A stretch of 56,579 nucleotides of DNA from an uncultured Bdellovibrionales bacterium (GCA_964488025.1 CAZATJ010000001.1:73104-129682), one strand, 5' to 3'; positions 15,996 to 26,410 are shown, counted from the first letter of the stretch. The notes: a model not told the origin generated them from the sequence alone. A program made the numbers and translations.

Positions 15996-18875
15996 TTATT
16001 TTCGCTTACCAGAAGAAGAAAAAATGGCTTGTTCAGGAAGCAGTGTCAGAACAAATCGAGCGGTGAAAAGAACCAAAATAGCGCTGAGGAGAACCCTGAA
16101 CGAGAACATAAGTGATGTCGGAATATAGGAAGAAATGGCAGCCAGATATTTTTTGGTTCCCTGAAGCGTCCCCTGGGCGAAACCGGACTCCTTGAGCTCC
16201 ACCTGAATAGAGGCTGAAAAGTGAATTTCCGTCGACTCAAGCGGCGAAATATTCCAAATATCACGCAATGCCCGTCGAACATCTTGTGATTGGGTGATTG
16301 AGGTCGCCAAAGCAATATTATAAACATCCGGCGGCGATTTGAGCGCAGAAAAGGTAATTCCCATAGGAAAAGCCTCATTTATGAGGATATTATCCACCGT
16401 CCATTGACGAGGAGGAGCCCCCAGAGCGAGAAAGTTTGGCAGGTAAGCCGCCCTAAATGAGAAATCTTCACCGGAAAAACCCTCAAAGACCGAGTCGCTG
16501 TATGCGCTGCAAAAACCGCCGCTACATGCCAAAGAAGCCGCTCCATCAACATCCTTGTACTGCCCGACGAGTTTCGGCCAAGCCGTGCCTAAATCGGCGG
16601 ATTCGATGGAAAGCACCGGAGCGATAACATGGAACGTGCGAGCAAGTGCCACTGTTTTTCCGGTGACTGTATCATTGGCGGTCAGAGTCACCGTGTACGT
16701 CTCTCCTGCTTCCCCAGTTACCGGAAAAAAGTTGACGAAATTCTGCTGCCCAATCGTGATATTTCCAAAAGCATCTTCTTCACAATCTTGGGAAACAACT
16801 AAGCGATTACAAAGAAGTTCCGCTCCATTGATAGTCCACTGAAAATTTGTCAAATTAGTCGGGTCAACTCTCAGTCCGATGACTTCATTTTTGATAATGC
16901 GACAAGCCACCCTATCAAGCGGATCATCATTGCAAATAATATCCGGGCTTAGGGCAACCTGCATCGTCGATCCTATCAAAACAGGATTCACTTTATAAGC
17001 GGAAATTTTCTGTCCGGTAGAAGTGAATTTTACCACCACATCGCTTTTCCCCTTGCGAACAGCCCCACTCGAAAAGTTCTCCGATGCCTTTACCGTAAAA
17101 CGCAGATACCCGATACCACCAATCAGATAGCTCCCTAATGTGTTCCCAGCCAGAAGCGTGGTTGCATTGTTTAAAATATCGAGCTTGAGTCGTACTGAGT
17201 CAAGCGCCGCGCCCTTAACATTACCGAGCAGCTTCAGCGCCTGAAGATCACTCGTCACATTTGCGGAAATAAGAGACCCGCTATTTCTGAATTGGGCGTT
17301 ATTACTCAGTTCCACGTCCCACTCAAACAGTATTTCACTTAAGCTACGACCAGGGTTTCCCACGCTGGCCTGAGCAACGACGAAGTCGCCGCCACCCTCC
17401 GGCAGTCCGGTCGTCGCATCAACCGACTCATCATTAATCGGGGTATCAGGAGTCGCTGAAACACCGATATCCAAGATAGTGGCCTGACCACCTTGCGTCG
17501 GATCAACCAGGTTTCTTTCCAGACATCTGTTGAGATCAAAATCGGCCGAGAGCATTGTCACCGTATACCCCTTAATCGACTCTACAAATGACCCGAGTCC
17601 GGTCGCAAGGGTTATTGGACAATCCTTTTTGGAAAAAGCCCACATAATCATCGCTGAAGAATCGTCATATTTCGTTGCAAACATTGATGTTCCTTCAATC
17701 GCCACCCCTATCTGATCGCCGGCGGAATAATTCCAAGTGATACTACTCTGACTCAACCCAACAGTATTAGCCTCATCCTTATTTCCGTTATCAGCCGTAT
17801 CCGAATCGGCAGGATTCGTTCCCCAGAACTCTTCTTCATTTGCGCCAAATATCCCATCCCCATTGGTAAATCCTGGTACTATCGGAAAAAGATGCTGACA
17901 AGCGCGAGTGATCCCGCCTCCGCTGCTGCATGATGTGAGAGGAGAACCGCTCGAACAAAGGAAGGATTCTGTCTCTGCTATATTCGATGGTACACAATAG
18001 GGGACTCCGACACCACAAGCAGCTCCCCCGCTACTACATACAGGCAGCCCAGCCGCATGACAGACGGTCCCATCGACAAACTCAAATGCCGGACCGGAAG
18101 TGCCAGGGGTCGGTGGAACAGGAACAGTAGGATCTGAACCGCCATCTCCCGGAATGACTATATCTATCGGATTCACCTCGGTATCGCCCTGCAAACACAC
18201 GGCTATAGTGCCACTGGGACAATCGAAACTGACATTGCCTGATTCTCCGAGCTCATATTTTTTTCCAGATTTCGGATCATCAACGTAACAGTGATCATTG
18301 GTACCAACCCGATTATCCCCGCCATACCGAGCCTTGTAGCCATCGTTATCAGTATCCGATCCATAGCTGGCCTCAGCTTTGTCAAAACCATTCTGAGCGA
18401 TAATCTTCGCGGCATCTACCTTCCAATCGTTTACAGTGATTCTCCCATCGCCATCACTATCACACAAAGCAAGATTCCCTCCACCGATATTACATTCGAC
18501 ACGCTTAAGATACCAGGTGTAATACAAATCCGTCTCGTTGGTGGAAAAGTACATTGGAAAAGCTTTGGCAGTGATTTTTTCTCCCGGCTTGGGGTCGCTT
18601 GGATTGAAAAAGAGGGAAACCTCGGGTGCTGGTTTTTTATTATCGGCGGTGTTGAAACTTTCCCCCTGACTCTGGATACTTCCAGTATCAAGATGGTATC
18701 TTTTTTCCATATCGGAAAACACCGAAGAAGGAGAAGGTATCTTGGGACCACTGAAAAGTCCGGCAGAGGCCGGAAGGGTGCTCATGACAAAAAAATGCAA
18801 AAGGACAAGGACATTCAGGAGCACTTTTTGTTTTTTTCGAAAAAATCCAATCATATATTTACGAAGAGATGTCAA
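15996..18875 (-). CDS. Large Cys-rich surface protein with Ca-binding DxDxDG-type motifs and C-terminal membrane anchor
   Basis: Signal/TM helix, DSDGDGRITVND, DTDNDG, Cys cluster, GTNPADSDT, C-terminal TM helix followed by GKRK. Confidence 0.85.
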   Translation of the reverse strand: MTSLRKYMIGFFRKKQKVLLNVLVLLHFFVMSTLPASAGLFSGPKIPSPSSVFSDMEKRYHLDTGSIQSQGESFNTADNKKPAPEVSLFFNPSDPKPGEKITAKAFPMYFSTNETDLYYTWYLKRVECNIGGGNLALCDSDGDGRITVNDWKVDAAKIIAQNGFDKAEASYGSDTDNDGYKARYGGDNRVGTNDHCYVDDPKSGKKYELGESGNVSFDCPSGTIAVCLQGDTEVNPIDIVIPGDGGSDPTVPVPPTPGTSGPAFEFVDGTVCHAAGLPVCSSGGAACGVGVPYCVPSNIAETESFLCSSGSPLTSCSSGGGITRACQHLFPIVPGFTNGDGIFGANEEEFWGTNPADSDTADNGNKDEANTVGLSQSSITWNYSAGDQIGVAIEGTSMFATKYDDSSAMIMWAFSKKDCPITLATGLGSFVESIKGYTVTMLSADFDLNRCLERNLVDPTQGGQATILDIGVSATPDTPINDESVDATTGLPEGGGDFVVAQASVGNPGRSLSEILFEWDVELSNNAQFRNSGSLISANVTSDLQALKLLGNVKGAALDSVRLKLDILNNATTLLAGNTLGSYLIGGIGYLRFTVKASENFSSGAVRKGKSDVVVKFTSTGQKISAYKVNPVLIGSTMQVALSPDIICNDDPLDRVACRIIKNEVIGLRVDPTNLTNFQWTINGAELLCNRLVVSQDCEEDAFGNITIGQQNFVNFFPVTGEAGETYTVTLTANDTVTGKTVALARTFHVIAPVLSIESADLGTAWPKLVGQYKDVDGAASLACSGGFCSAYSDSVFEGFSGEDFSFRAAYLPNFLALGAPPRQWTVDNILINEAFPMGITFSALKSPPDVYNIALATSITQSQDVRRALRDIWNISPLESTEIHFSASIQVELKESGFAQGTLQGTKKYLAAISSYIPTSLMFSFRVLLSAILVLFTARFVLTLLPEQAIFSSSGKRK

Positions 18876-19525
18876 CGAATAACGAGAAGGAATACATCGG
18901 TCAAGAAAAAGAAGAGCCAGCTGGCCGCCCAGGAATACCAGAGCGATTGAGAAAAATAGGCGATAAGACCGGCAAAAGGACTAAAAATGATGAGCGGAGC
19001 GCTCTGCCAGGAAATGTCACCCGAAAGAAAGAGCAGTCCGACAAAAAAGATTGCTTGAAAAAACACTGCCCAAATTCCGAAAGATCGGAGCCAGAGCAAT
19101 TGTACCAGGCCGCGGAAGAATGCCTCATACAAGAGCGTTGCCAACGAGGCAAAAACTAATTCGTACAAGAGAAACCAGAGAAAACTTTTCTGCACGCTCA
19201 CCGGGAAGAAGTATTCCTCTGTCAGGTTTGTATACCGACTGAGGAAAAAAACCGCTACCAGTGCCAGTGCCACGGAAATCATTCCGGACAATATGCCAAG
19301 AAATATTTTCCCCTCCTGCCAGCCCCAATTTTTCAAGGACTCTTTCAATACTATTCTACTATATAATATCGGAACCACCAAGAAAAAGGTAATACTGACC
19401 AAGAGCGTCTGAAATATTGGATTGATTTTTTCGCTCTGGCTGAAAAACCCCAAGAAAAACACCGAAAACACCACCAGGAGCCCGGTAACAATGAAACGCT
19501 TATTGAGAAAAATTTCTTTCGTCAT
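18872..19525 (-). CDS. CPBP (Abi/Rce1)-like multi-pass membrane protein with degenerate motifs
   Basis: YEAFFRG resembles EExxFRG; the protein contains no His; ATGA overlap with the downstream gene. Confidence 0.7.
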   Translation of the reverse strand: MTKEIFLNKRFIVTGLLVVFSVFFLGFFSQSEKINPIFQTLLVSITFFLVVPILYSRIVLKESLKNWGWQEGKIFLGILSGMISVALALVAVFFLSRYTNLTEEYFFPVSVQKSFLWFLLYELVFASLATLLYEAFFRGLVQLLWLRSFGIWAVFFQAIFFVGLLFLSGDISWQSAPLIIFSPFAGLIAYFSQSLWYSWAASWLFFFLTDVFLLVIR

Positions 19526-19530
19526 ATCGT

Positions 19531-20013
19531 TTATATTACTTTTTGTACTGACACGCCCTGATATTGAGGCTCATTGGCCGCCTCCTGCGCCTCCGCTGCT
19601 CGCGTCTTCTGATACTCGCGGATCATCTGGGCGTTGGTCTGCATCCCTGTTATTTCCGACAACTCTTTTCTCGCCTGATCAGCAAGTTTCTTGGCCTGAT
19701 AATAAGCATAGAGCACGCAGATGGTCGAGAAAGGAATCAGATTCACCGCCGGAATCACATCGAACAGTGAAAGGAAGAAAATAACAATCCGTACTTTCCA
19801 TTTTCCCTTTCCCCACAAGAAAACGAACAGATAGACCGTGATGAAAAGGCCGAGGAGGTTGCCGACAATGGGAATGAAGTCAAGTAGGCCATCCTTCATA
19901 ATGGCAAACGCCAAGGCCGGAATGAATGGGGTAAAGTCGCCATTCTTAATCGCCTTGCGCGCCTGAAACGCCATCCGCGCCGCCTCCTTTATGACATCAT
20001 ATCGTGCCCCCAT
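19531..20013 (-). CDS. Hypothetical membrane protein
   Basis: Central hydrophobic helices with FIPIVG and VIPAVN segments; tightly packed in the operon. Confidence 0.75.
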   Translation of the reverse strand: MGARYDVIKEAARMAFQARKAIKNGDFTPFIPALAFAIMKDGLLDFIPIVGNLLGLFITVYLFVFLWGKGKWKVRIVIFFLSLFDVIPAVNLIPFSTICVLYAYYQAKKLADQARKELSEITGMQTNAQMIREYQKTRAAEAQEAANEPQYQGVSVQKVI

Positions 20014-20043
20014 AGACAGAATCCCTTTTCAAAAAATATCCAG

Positions 20044-22041
20044 CTAATTCCCCGCGTCAAAATCCCGTTTGGCTTCCTCGATTTCCAAAAGCTGCCGTGG
20101 GTCGGAAGTAATAATCTGATCCTCGCTGTAAGACGCGATTACTTTGATGGCAGCATGTTTGGTACCGGCAAAAAAGATGCCTTCTCCAACATTGCTCTCC
20201 AAAAGGAGAAACTTCTCGTGATCGGTCAGGAAAAAGGTTTCGGCAATCAGATCAATCGAGGACGGCGATTGCCGCAACAGAAGCTGGAGTGACGAGTTGG
20301 TAATAATCGGCTTGCCGTAACGCGACGACATGAAGTCGCTGATATCCTGCGTGATAGTCGTCAGCCCCGTGTAGTATTTGCGACAACGCTTGGCGATACC
20401 GAAGAGGAATCCGGCAGCGTCTTCATGCTGCATCATCACCCAGGCCTCGTCCACCACAATCACCCGTTTCTTCATGTGCGTCCGAATCTCATTCCACACG
20501 AACTGGAGAATGATATACATGGCAATCGGTCGCAACTCCTCCTCGAGATCGCGGATATTAAATGCCACCAGCTGATTATTCATTTCGATGTTGGTCTGCT
20601 TATCGAGAAATCCTCCGAAAATCCCTTCCGTATAACGCTCAAGACGGATGGAAAGCGATTCGGCTCCATCCATATTCTGAAGCACCGCGTAGAGGTCGGA
20701 CATGGTCGGAAATGACGAAGCATCCAACTGGGAATAATCACTGACCTGGGTAATGTCACGAATAGCATACGTTTCCCGGATGGCCCGGTCGAGAATGGAG
20801 TCCTCTTCCGGAGTCACCGAACCAAGCATAAGGTGGAGAAGTCCAATCAGGTTGGCAACCGCGCTCCGAAATACCCCCTGAACATCCTCATCATCCACCC
20901 TCCTTGGCAGATCGAATGGGTTGAGGTGGGCATCGGAATTGAGAGAAATATTGAGAAAAGTGCCTCCCACCGCATCACAGAGATGTTTGTATTCATTTTC
21001 CGGATCGATAATAATGACACTCGCACCGAACATCATGGAGCGGAGCACCTCGAGCTTCACGGTATAACTTTTTCCGGCACCGGATTTGGCGAAAACGACC
21101 ATGTTGGCATTTTCCATCTTGAAACGATCGAATAGTATCAGTCCGTTATTATGGCGATTGATTCCGAAAAGCACCCCTTGATTGGATGAAAGGTCGGAAG
21201 AGACAAAGGGAAAGGTAGTCGAAAGAGGCTCGGTATTCAGGTTATTAGCCACATCAAGGACATCGTTCGCGAGTGGCCGAGTCGCGGCGAAACCCTGATC
21301 CATTCGGAGTACCGCGGCCTTGGTATACACTAACTGAGCTTCAAGAATCGATTGAATAGCACTACACTTGTCCGTCAGGTCGCCTTCGTCCTTACCGAAA
21401 ATGGTCATATATATGCCGAAACGGAAAAATTTTTCCGTCCCCTGCAAGAGGCTGTTCCGTAAATTTTCTATATCTTCAAGTGCCGTTTCAAGCATTGGAT
21501 CGCGAATCTTCCCGTCCTCTGCCTCGATATGAATCTGTGACTGGACCTGGGTTGCCGATTTGCGAAGATTCTTCATAATCTCTCCGGTATCAATCGGATG
21601 AATGAAGAGCGCCGCATCCATGCTAAAGTCGATATTGATAATCGGCGAAAACCAGTTTGTCGAAAGAAACCGCGGATAAGCGACAACAAAATAGGTGCGC
21701 GAAAGGACATTGCCGATCTGCATGGTATTAGGACCAAGTTTGACGGCCGGAGGAGCGATCAGGTCTTTCAGCGTGGCGATGCCCTGGTGATAGAGAGCGT
21801 CTGTCTCTTTGGAGGCTTCAACATTCTTTCCTGATAAAGAAAGACTACTCACCGAGGTGATAGATGCCGGTGCCACATACGGCATCGGATTGATTGGTTC
21901 GGGAGTTTTCTCCGAGATAGCCACTGCCTCCTCGGGCAGCGACTGCGATACCGCCGATTTTTTGGACGGTACGAACGACGGTGACACCAGGTCCCACAAG
22001 TCGGCTTTCGCGCTTTTTTTGAGAGTGATTCTCTTATCCAT
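20044..22041 (-). CDS. virB4: VirB4-like type IV secretion ATPase
   Basis: Walker A AKSGAGKS, IIDPENEY, Walker B VVDEAW, RKY..GLTTITQD. Confidence 0.92.
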   Translation of the reverse strand: MDKRITLKKSAKADLWDLVSPSFVPSKKSAVSQSLPEEAVAISEKTPEPINPMPYVAPASITSVSSLSLSGKNVEASKETDALYHQGIATLKDLIAPPAVKLGPNTMQIGNVLSRTYFVVAYPRFLSTNWFSPIINIDFSMDAALFIHPIDTGEIMKNLRKSATQVQSQIHIEAEDGKIRDPMLETALEDIENLRNSLLQGTEKFFRFGIYMTIFGKDEGDLTDKCSAIQSILEAQLVYTKAAVLRMDQGFAATRPLANDVLDVANNLNTEPLSTTFPFVSSDLSSNQGVLFGINRHNNGLILFDRFKMENANMVVFAKSGAGKSYTVKLEVLRSMMFGASVIIIDPENEYKHLCDAVGGTFLNISLNSDAHLNPFDLPRRVDDEDVQGVFRSAVANLIGLLHLMLGSVTPEEDSILDRAIRETYAIRDITQVSDYSQLDASSFPTMSDLYAVLQNMDGAESLSIRLERYTEGIFGGFLDKQTNIEMNNQLVAFNIRDLEEELRPIAMYIILQFVWNEIRTHMKKRVIVVDEAWVMMQHEDAAGFLFGIAKRCRKYYTGLTTITQDISDFMSSRYGKPIITNSSLQLLLRQSPSSIDLIAETFFLTDHEKFLLLESNVGEGIFFAGTKHAAIKVIASYSEDQIITSDPRQLLEIEEAKRDFDAGN

Positions 22042-22052
22042 GAGAGATGAAA

Positions 22053-22742
22053 TTATGAGAGTTCGATATCTCCCACGTTCTTCAGATCGGTGGTCGTAAA
22101 GAGCGAAGGATTATAGCTGTTATACAGAAGTTCAATAACCTCCTCGGTCTTAAGTTGTGTTACTTTGACACCCGTGGCAGAAAGCGCCTGTGCGATATGA
22201 TCTACGCGTTGAAACAATTGACTCTTGTAGGTTTCGAAAATTCCCCCCTTGGAGTGAGTCGCCTGTTTCGGGCTGAAAATACCCCCCAGTTTCGTGAAGA
22301 GACCGCCCGCCTTATCTTCGGCCGAAGAAAAAGGAACAATAATGTAGAAAAACTTGGACATAATATTGGAAACTTCGCTCAGATTTTTGATGAAGCCCCT
22401 ATACTCGCCAATCTGAAAACGAAGCAGTTCATTTTCCTGCTGCCGCTCCTCCGCATCCAACTGTTCCATATAGGGAGTGATATTAAATCGGCGCGACTGG
22501 ATGACAATCTGCACAGGAAAATCAAGCGAATTCAAAAATGACTGGTACTGAGCGATGATAGCCTCCTGCTCTTGGCTTGACTTGAGATCGAAGTTGAGCG
22601 AAGAAACTAAAAGTACCGCCCGAAGCGCCCCCGTCTTGAGAACGATAATGCCGTCCCGCAACTCTTCCACATCGACATACTGTTGCGTGCTGGAAGCGCC
22701 GGCGCTTTTCTTTTTTGGTTTCAAAAATTCCATACAAACCAA
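22053..22742 (-). CDS. T4SS-associated protein preceding VirB4 (VirB4 N-terminal/TraC-like)
   Basis: Position between PrgI and VirB4; SLNFDLKS..EQEAII..YQSFLNSLDFPVQI..QSRR segment. Confidence 0.7.
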   Translation of the reverse strand: MVCMEFLKPKKKSAGASSTQQYVDVEELRDGIIVLKTGALRAVLLVSSLNFDLKSSQEQEAIIAQYQSFLNSLDFPVQIVIQSRRFNITPYMEQLDAEERQQENELLRFQIGEYRGFIKNLSEVSNIMSKFFYIIVPFSSAEDKAGGLFTKLGGIFSPKQATHSKGGIFETYKSQLFQRVDHIAQALSATGVKVTQLKTEEVIELLYNSYNPSLFTTTDLKNVGDIELS

Positions 22743-22841
22743 CTATCAATTATCAATCAGCAATAAACTCTTCGCCCTCACTCCTCCTCGTTTTCTGTTG
22801 ACTGCTTTTTGGCTATCCGTTATCTGTTGATTGTTATTTGT
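22743..22841. repeat. About 7-nt periodic AT-rich imperfect inverted element
   Basis: ACTATCA ATTATCA ATCAGCA on the left; GTTATCT GTTGATT GTTATTT GTTTATT on the right. Confidence 0.5.
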
Positions 22842-23249
22842 TTATTGTCTACTGTCTATGATGCGGGCCAACTCCTTCAGTGTATCACGATTTAATTCCT
22901 TGCTTGCCTGAGGTACCAAAACATCATTCTTGCTTTCATCATCACGCGACTTCACGGAAATCATTCTCGGCACTGGCCGTTCCCATACCGAAAGCTTGGG
23001 ACGAAACAAAAACAGAAACGCATACCCGATATAGGATGTCATAGGAAAACCATTCGGCTTATAAAACGCCAGAAGCAAAAAAAATAACACGACCGGAACG
23101 GAAAGGACGATTGCCAGCGCGCCTCCGAAAATCATAAAGAGAAGGGCCACTACTGCACCGGCCGCTATCAGCCACCCCAACTGCTTCCAGGTGAGCGGTC
23201 CGGCGATCTTGTCTTCGACATCAATAAATTGTGGAACAGAGGACATCAT
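22842..23249 (-). CDS. prgI: PrgI family protein
   Basis: VPQFIDVEDKIAGPLTWKQ, two TM helices, YKPNG, upstream of VirB4. Confidence 0.85.
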   Translation of the reverse strand: MMSSVPQFIDVEDKIAGPLTWKQLGWLIAAGAVVALLFMIFGGALAIVLSVPVVLFFLLLAFYKPNGFPMTSYIGYAFLFLFRPKLSVWERPVPRMISVKSRDDESKNDVLVPQASKELNRDTLKELARIIDSRQ

Positions 23250-23346
23250 ACGGGCAGCTTTTAGTTTATAGCTTCATTAGTTTTTAGTTTTTGAAATCCA
23301 AAAACCCATCGGTGCCTTGCTTGCTCTATACCCCACATCTACTTCA

Positions 23347-24336
23347 TCATTCTCCATCTTTTCCCAGACTGACCGGACGGATATGAAAAGGGTTTGACCG
23401 TGAAGCCGCGGGATGAGATACGGCAGGGCGTGAAACCGCCTCTGCTTCGGCTTTCTCTGCCGGCAACACATGATGAGAAGAAAAAGTCAACGCCCCTGAC
23501 TGCTCGGGCGAAAAAGTATTCGGCTGAAAAGAAGCTTTTTGCGGCGCTCTGGGCGGTTGAAATTGACCCTGCCCAGAAACGGCTGACTGTTGAGGAACAA
23601 AGGGTGGGAAAACGATTATACTTTGCTCCGTATCGATCTCAACCGGAAAATTTTCTTCAACAGATTTCAGTACCAGGTTGACTCGTTCGCGCTCTTCCGG
23701 AGACAAACGCTTGCCATTTTCCGAACGAAAGAGGAAATTCCCCCGCAGAACACTGTCGTGATGTCCCACTCCCAGTTCATCGCGGTAGTACTTGATCCAA
23801 TAGAGAAGCGACGGCCGCACCGGTTCCGCCTGTGACCGTATCTTAATCCGTTCCTGCGTAATGAGCTGGTTCCCCAGTTGTTCATACTTGGAGAGGGCCT
23901 GGAGGAGCGGGAGTTTTACCGTCACCACTACCCGTTTCGGTGTCACGTTTTCCGATGCCTCCTCCACTTTCGGTCTCGGCTTGATGGTTAGAATTTCCTT
24001 TTGAATAAAAATAAGGGTTTGCTCTGCCTTGTCACCTATCACTTCTTGTAATCCTGAGCGCAGACCAACCTCATCAATTTCTCCAAAAAAGAACCAGCGG
24101 ATAAGGACGCTGACACCTTCGATAGAAGCATCATCACAACCTAGTTTTCCCTGAAGTTCTGTCAATTTAAGAGGGAGTTCTTCGGATGTTAATATAGCTT
24201 TTTTCTCCTCTGGTAACAAATCAAAACGAGACCAGACATTTTGAATTTCAGTCTTTGACATTGTCCCGCCATTTATCTCCTCAGATGCAAGCAGAGGATA
24301 ATAAATAGGCTTATTTGTAATTGTTTTTCCAAACAT
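23347..24336 (-). CDS. Hypothetical protein in the T4SS operon
   Basis: Long ORF co-oriented between the VirB6-like gene and prgI; start uncertain. Confidence 0.75.
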   Translation of the reverse strand: MFGKTITNKPIYYPLLASEEINGGTMSKTEIQNVWSRFDLLPEEKKAILTSEELPLKLTELQGKLGCDDASIEGVSVLIRWFFFGEIDEVGLRSGLQEVIGDKAEQTLIFIQKEILTIKPRPKVEEASENVTPKRVVVTVKLPLLQALSKYEQLGNQLITQERIKIRSQAEPVRPSLLYWIKYYRDELGVGHHDSVLRGNFLFRSENGKRLSPEERERVNLVLKSVEENFPVEIDTEQSIIVFPPFVPQQSAVSGQGQFQPPRAPQKASFQPNTFSPEQSGALTFSSHHVLPAEKAEAEAVSRPAVSHPAASRSNPFHIRPVSLGKDGE

Positions 24337-24352
24337 ACCTCATAGAATTTTA

Positions 24353-26410
24353 CTATCTCCCGTGTTCCTTTTTCACTCGTTGCATTTTCTCCCTCAGTCT
24401 TGCGCCTTCATCCGTTTGTTTCCCCTGAACTTCTGGAGAAATACCATTTTCAGTCCATTTATCCCTATCAACTTTTGACATCTTTTTAAATGCTTCCTGA
24501 TAAAACTTCGGCTCATCATCTACTTTTTCTTTCAAATAATTCTTCAGGTCGTTATCTGTTGCAATAGCCGAATGAATACTCCCTTGTTTCGCCAAATCAT
24601 CAGCACCCAATCTCCCAATAAGATCCTCATACACTTCAGTACGTGTCTCACCTTCTTTTTGAGGATTAAGCGGACCCGCCGCTCTCTTTTCATTCATCTT
24701 TCTCGCAATTTCATAATCAACTCGCACCTTAAGATTTCCCTCTCTCTTCAATCTACTGTTATAGGCGTCGTGTGAATCCCTCATCTTTTGATCAATAATT
24801 CCGTTGCCATCCTTATCTATCTTAACTTTTCCAGTAGCATCCTTTTCATAAAATGCATTCCTGATATTTCCGTCCTGCGCTGTGTTTATACCACCAATAG
24901 CCTCTGATCGCGCGCTATCCAAGATTTTTGCTACCGCATCATTATTGTCGCCAACTGCCGAAATAGCCTTGGCCAAAGTATCAGCGCTACGAATACCCTT
25001 GCTTTCAGCCAAAGACAGAGCAGCTGCCTCCCTTTCAACTCTATCATTTGATTGGAGATTATTAACATGAGTCGAATCGCTAACCTGATTTTCTTTATTT
25101 TTCTTAACCTGTTCATTAACTTGTTTCTGATGTGCTTTTTCTCGTTCAGTAGCAACTCCACCTCGCCACCCTTTCTCAGAGCCAGCCCCCTTTGTCGCTC
25201 CCTTAGCAAAAGTCTCGATGCCGCTTGGACGCGCCAAGTATCTTCCAACCCTAGATTCAGAGAATCGAGCCTTCGCTCCCTGACCGACACCTGATGCAAA
25301 CTTCCGAGCAGGATAAGTTATGCCGCCACTTGTCTTCTTCCCGGCCCATTTGGCGAATTTTTGTCCTAAACCAGTGACTGTTCCCGCGCCGGCGATAGAC
25401 ATAGAGGTCCCTATCCCGATAGCAAACCACATCATGATGACCGGAACCGTAAACATAGCCATGGAACTGACGATGTTCGTCCCGTCCTTGATTGAATTAC
25501 CCAGGGCTATTTCAAAAAATTGACTCTTTGTGTCGTCTCTACCTATTTCTGCAAAAAAACGAGTGGCAATAAGAAGCATAAGCATGGCTGCTGGCCCGAA
25601 GAGCGCATACTTGGCGAGGTTGTCCCACCACTTACTGCTAAACTGTTGCATCCCCGGGATCACCGAGGCGGCGAACCCGACCGAGGAAAAAATGAGGAGA
25701 ATGACTAGAGCGACCAATCGCACCACCATAAGCACGGCCATCACCAGCATGGAGATCATGAAAAGAAAGAGCATCACAATGGCCATAATCAGGTGTGCCA
25801 TACTCGTACTCCACAGTGATTTTGAATCAGGAATAAGAGCTTCTTGTATTCGTGAGGCTCCAAGAAAATTGCCGAAAACAGTTTCTCCCCCCTCTACAGT
25901 TGCCATCTGATTGACGAAGTAGTACATGGGAACATTGGTCACATCGATGATAACGCGCGTAATGGGAAAACTGAAATTGATAAAGAGGGCGGCCAGCACG
26001 ATGCTGAGCAAGGTCTTTTTGTAATTGGCGGCCACTTGAAAGACAATAGTAAAGGCCGTATAGAGAAGGGTCAGGATGAAGAACAGGTTAAAAAAGTCCC
26101 GAATAAATTTCCAGCTCGTATAAACGCTTTCCTTGTTGAGAATACCGCTCGGCCCAGAAATATAATCGGGGTTGATAGCCCACTCAAAAAGGGTGACCGC
26201 CATAGAAGTCATCCAGCCGAGCAGAACAAAAATCGAATACAAGATCATTTTGAAAGGGTACAGCGCCCCATCAGCAGCGGTATCCAATACCCATCCAAAA
26301 GTTGCGCCAATCCCCGCATGGGCCGCCTGAGGGAAAGCAAATCCCGCTACCAGTAAGAGCAATAGAACAAAGGTGAGTTGAAATTTCTTTTTGTTTTTTT
26401 CAGACAACAT
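24353..26410 (-). CDS. VirB6/TrbL-like multi-pass membrane protein with long charged C-terminal tail
   Basis: W..IRDFFNLFFI..LL..AF, LFINFSFPITRVIID, RLVAL.ILLIFS, WW..L....FGP; hydrophilic C-terminal third. Confidence 0.8.
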   Translation of the reverse strand: MLSEKNKKKFQLTFVLLLLLVAGFAFPQAAHAGIGATFGWVLDTAADGALYPFKMILYSIFVLLGWMTSMAVTLFEWAINPDYISGPSGILNKESVYTSWKFIRDFFNLFFILTLLYTAFTIVFQVAANYKKTLLSIVLAALFINFSFPITRVIIDVTNVPMYYFVNQMATVEGGETVFGNFLGASRIQEALIPDSKSLWSTSMAHLIMAIVMLFLFMISMLVMAVLMVVRLVALVILLIFSSVGFAASVIPGMQQFSSKWWDNLAKYALFGPAAMLMLLIATRFFAEIGRDDTKSQFFEIALGNSIKDGTNIVSSMAMFTVPVIMMWFAIGIGTSMSIAGAGTVTGLGQKFAKWAGKKTSGGITYPARKFASGVGQGAKARFSESRVGRYLARPSGIETFAKGATKGAGSEKGWRGGVATEREKAHQKQVNEQVKKNKENQVSDSTHVNNLQSNDRVEREAAALSLAESKGIRSADTLAKAISAVGDNNDAVAKILDSARSEAIGGINTAQDGNIRNAFYEKDATGKVKIDKDGNGIIDQKMRDSHDAYNSRLKREGNLKVRVDYEIARKMNEKRAAGPLNPQKEGETRTEVYEDLIGRLGADDLAKQGSIHSAIATDNDLKNYLKEKVDDEPKFYQEAFKKMSKVDRDKWTENGISPEVQGKQTDEGARLREKMQRVKKEHGR

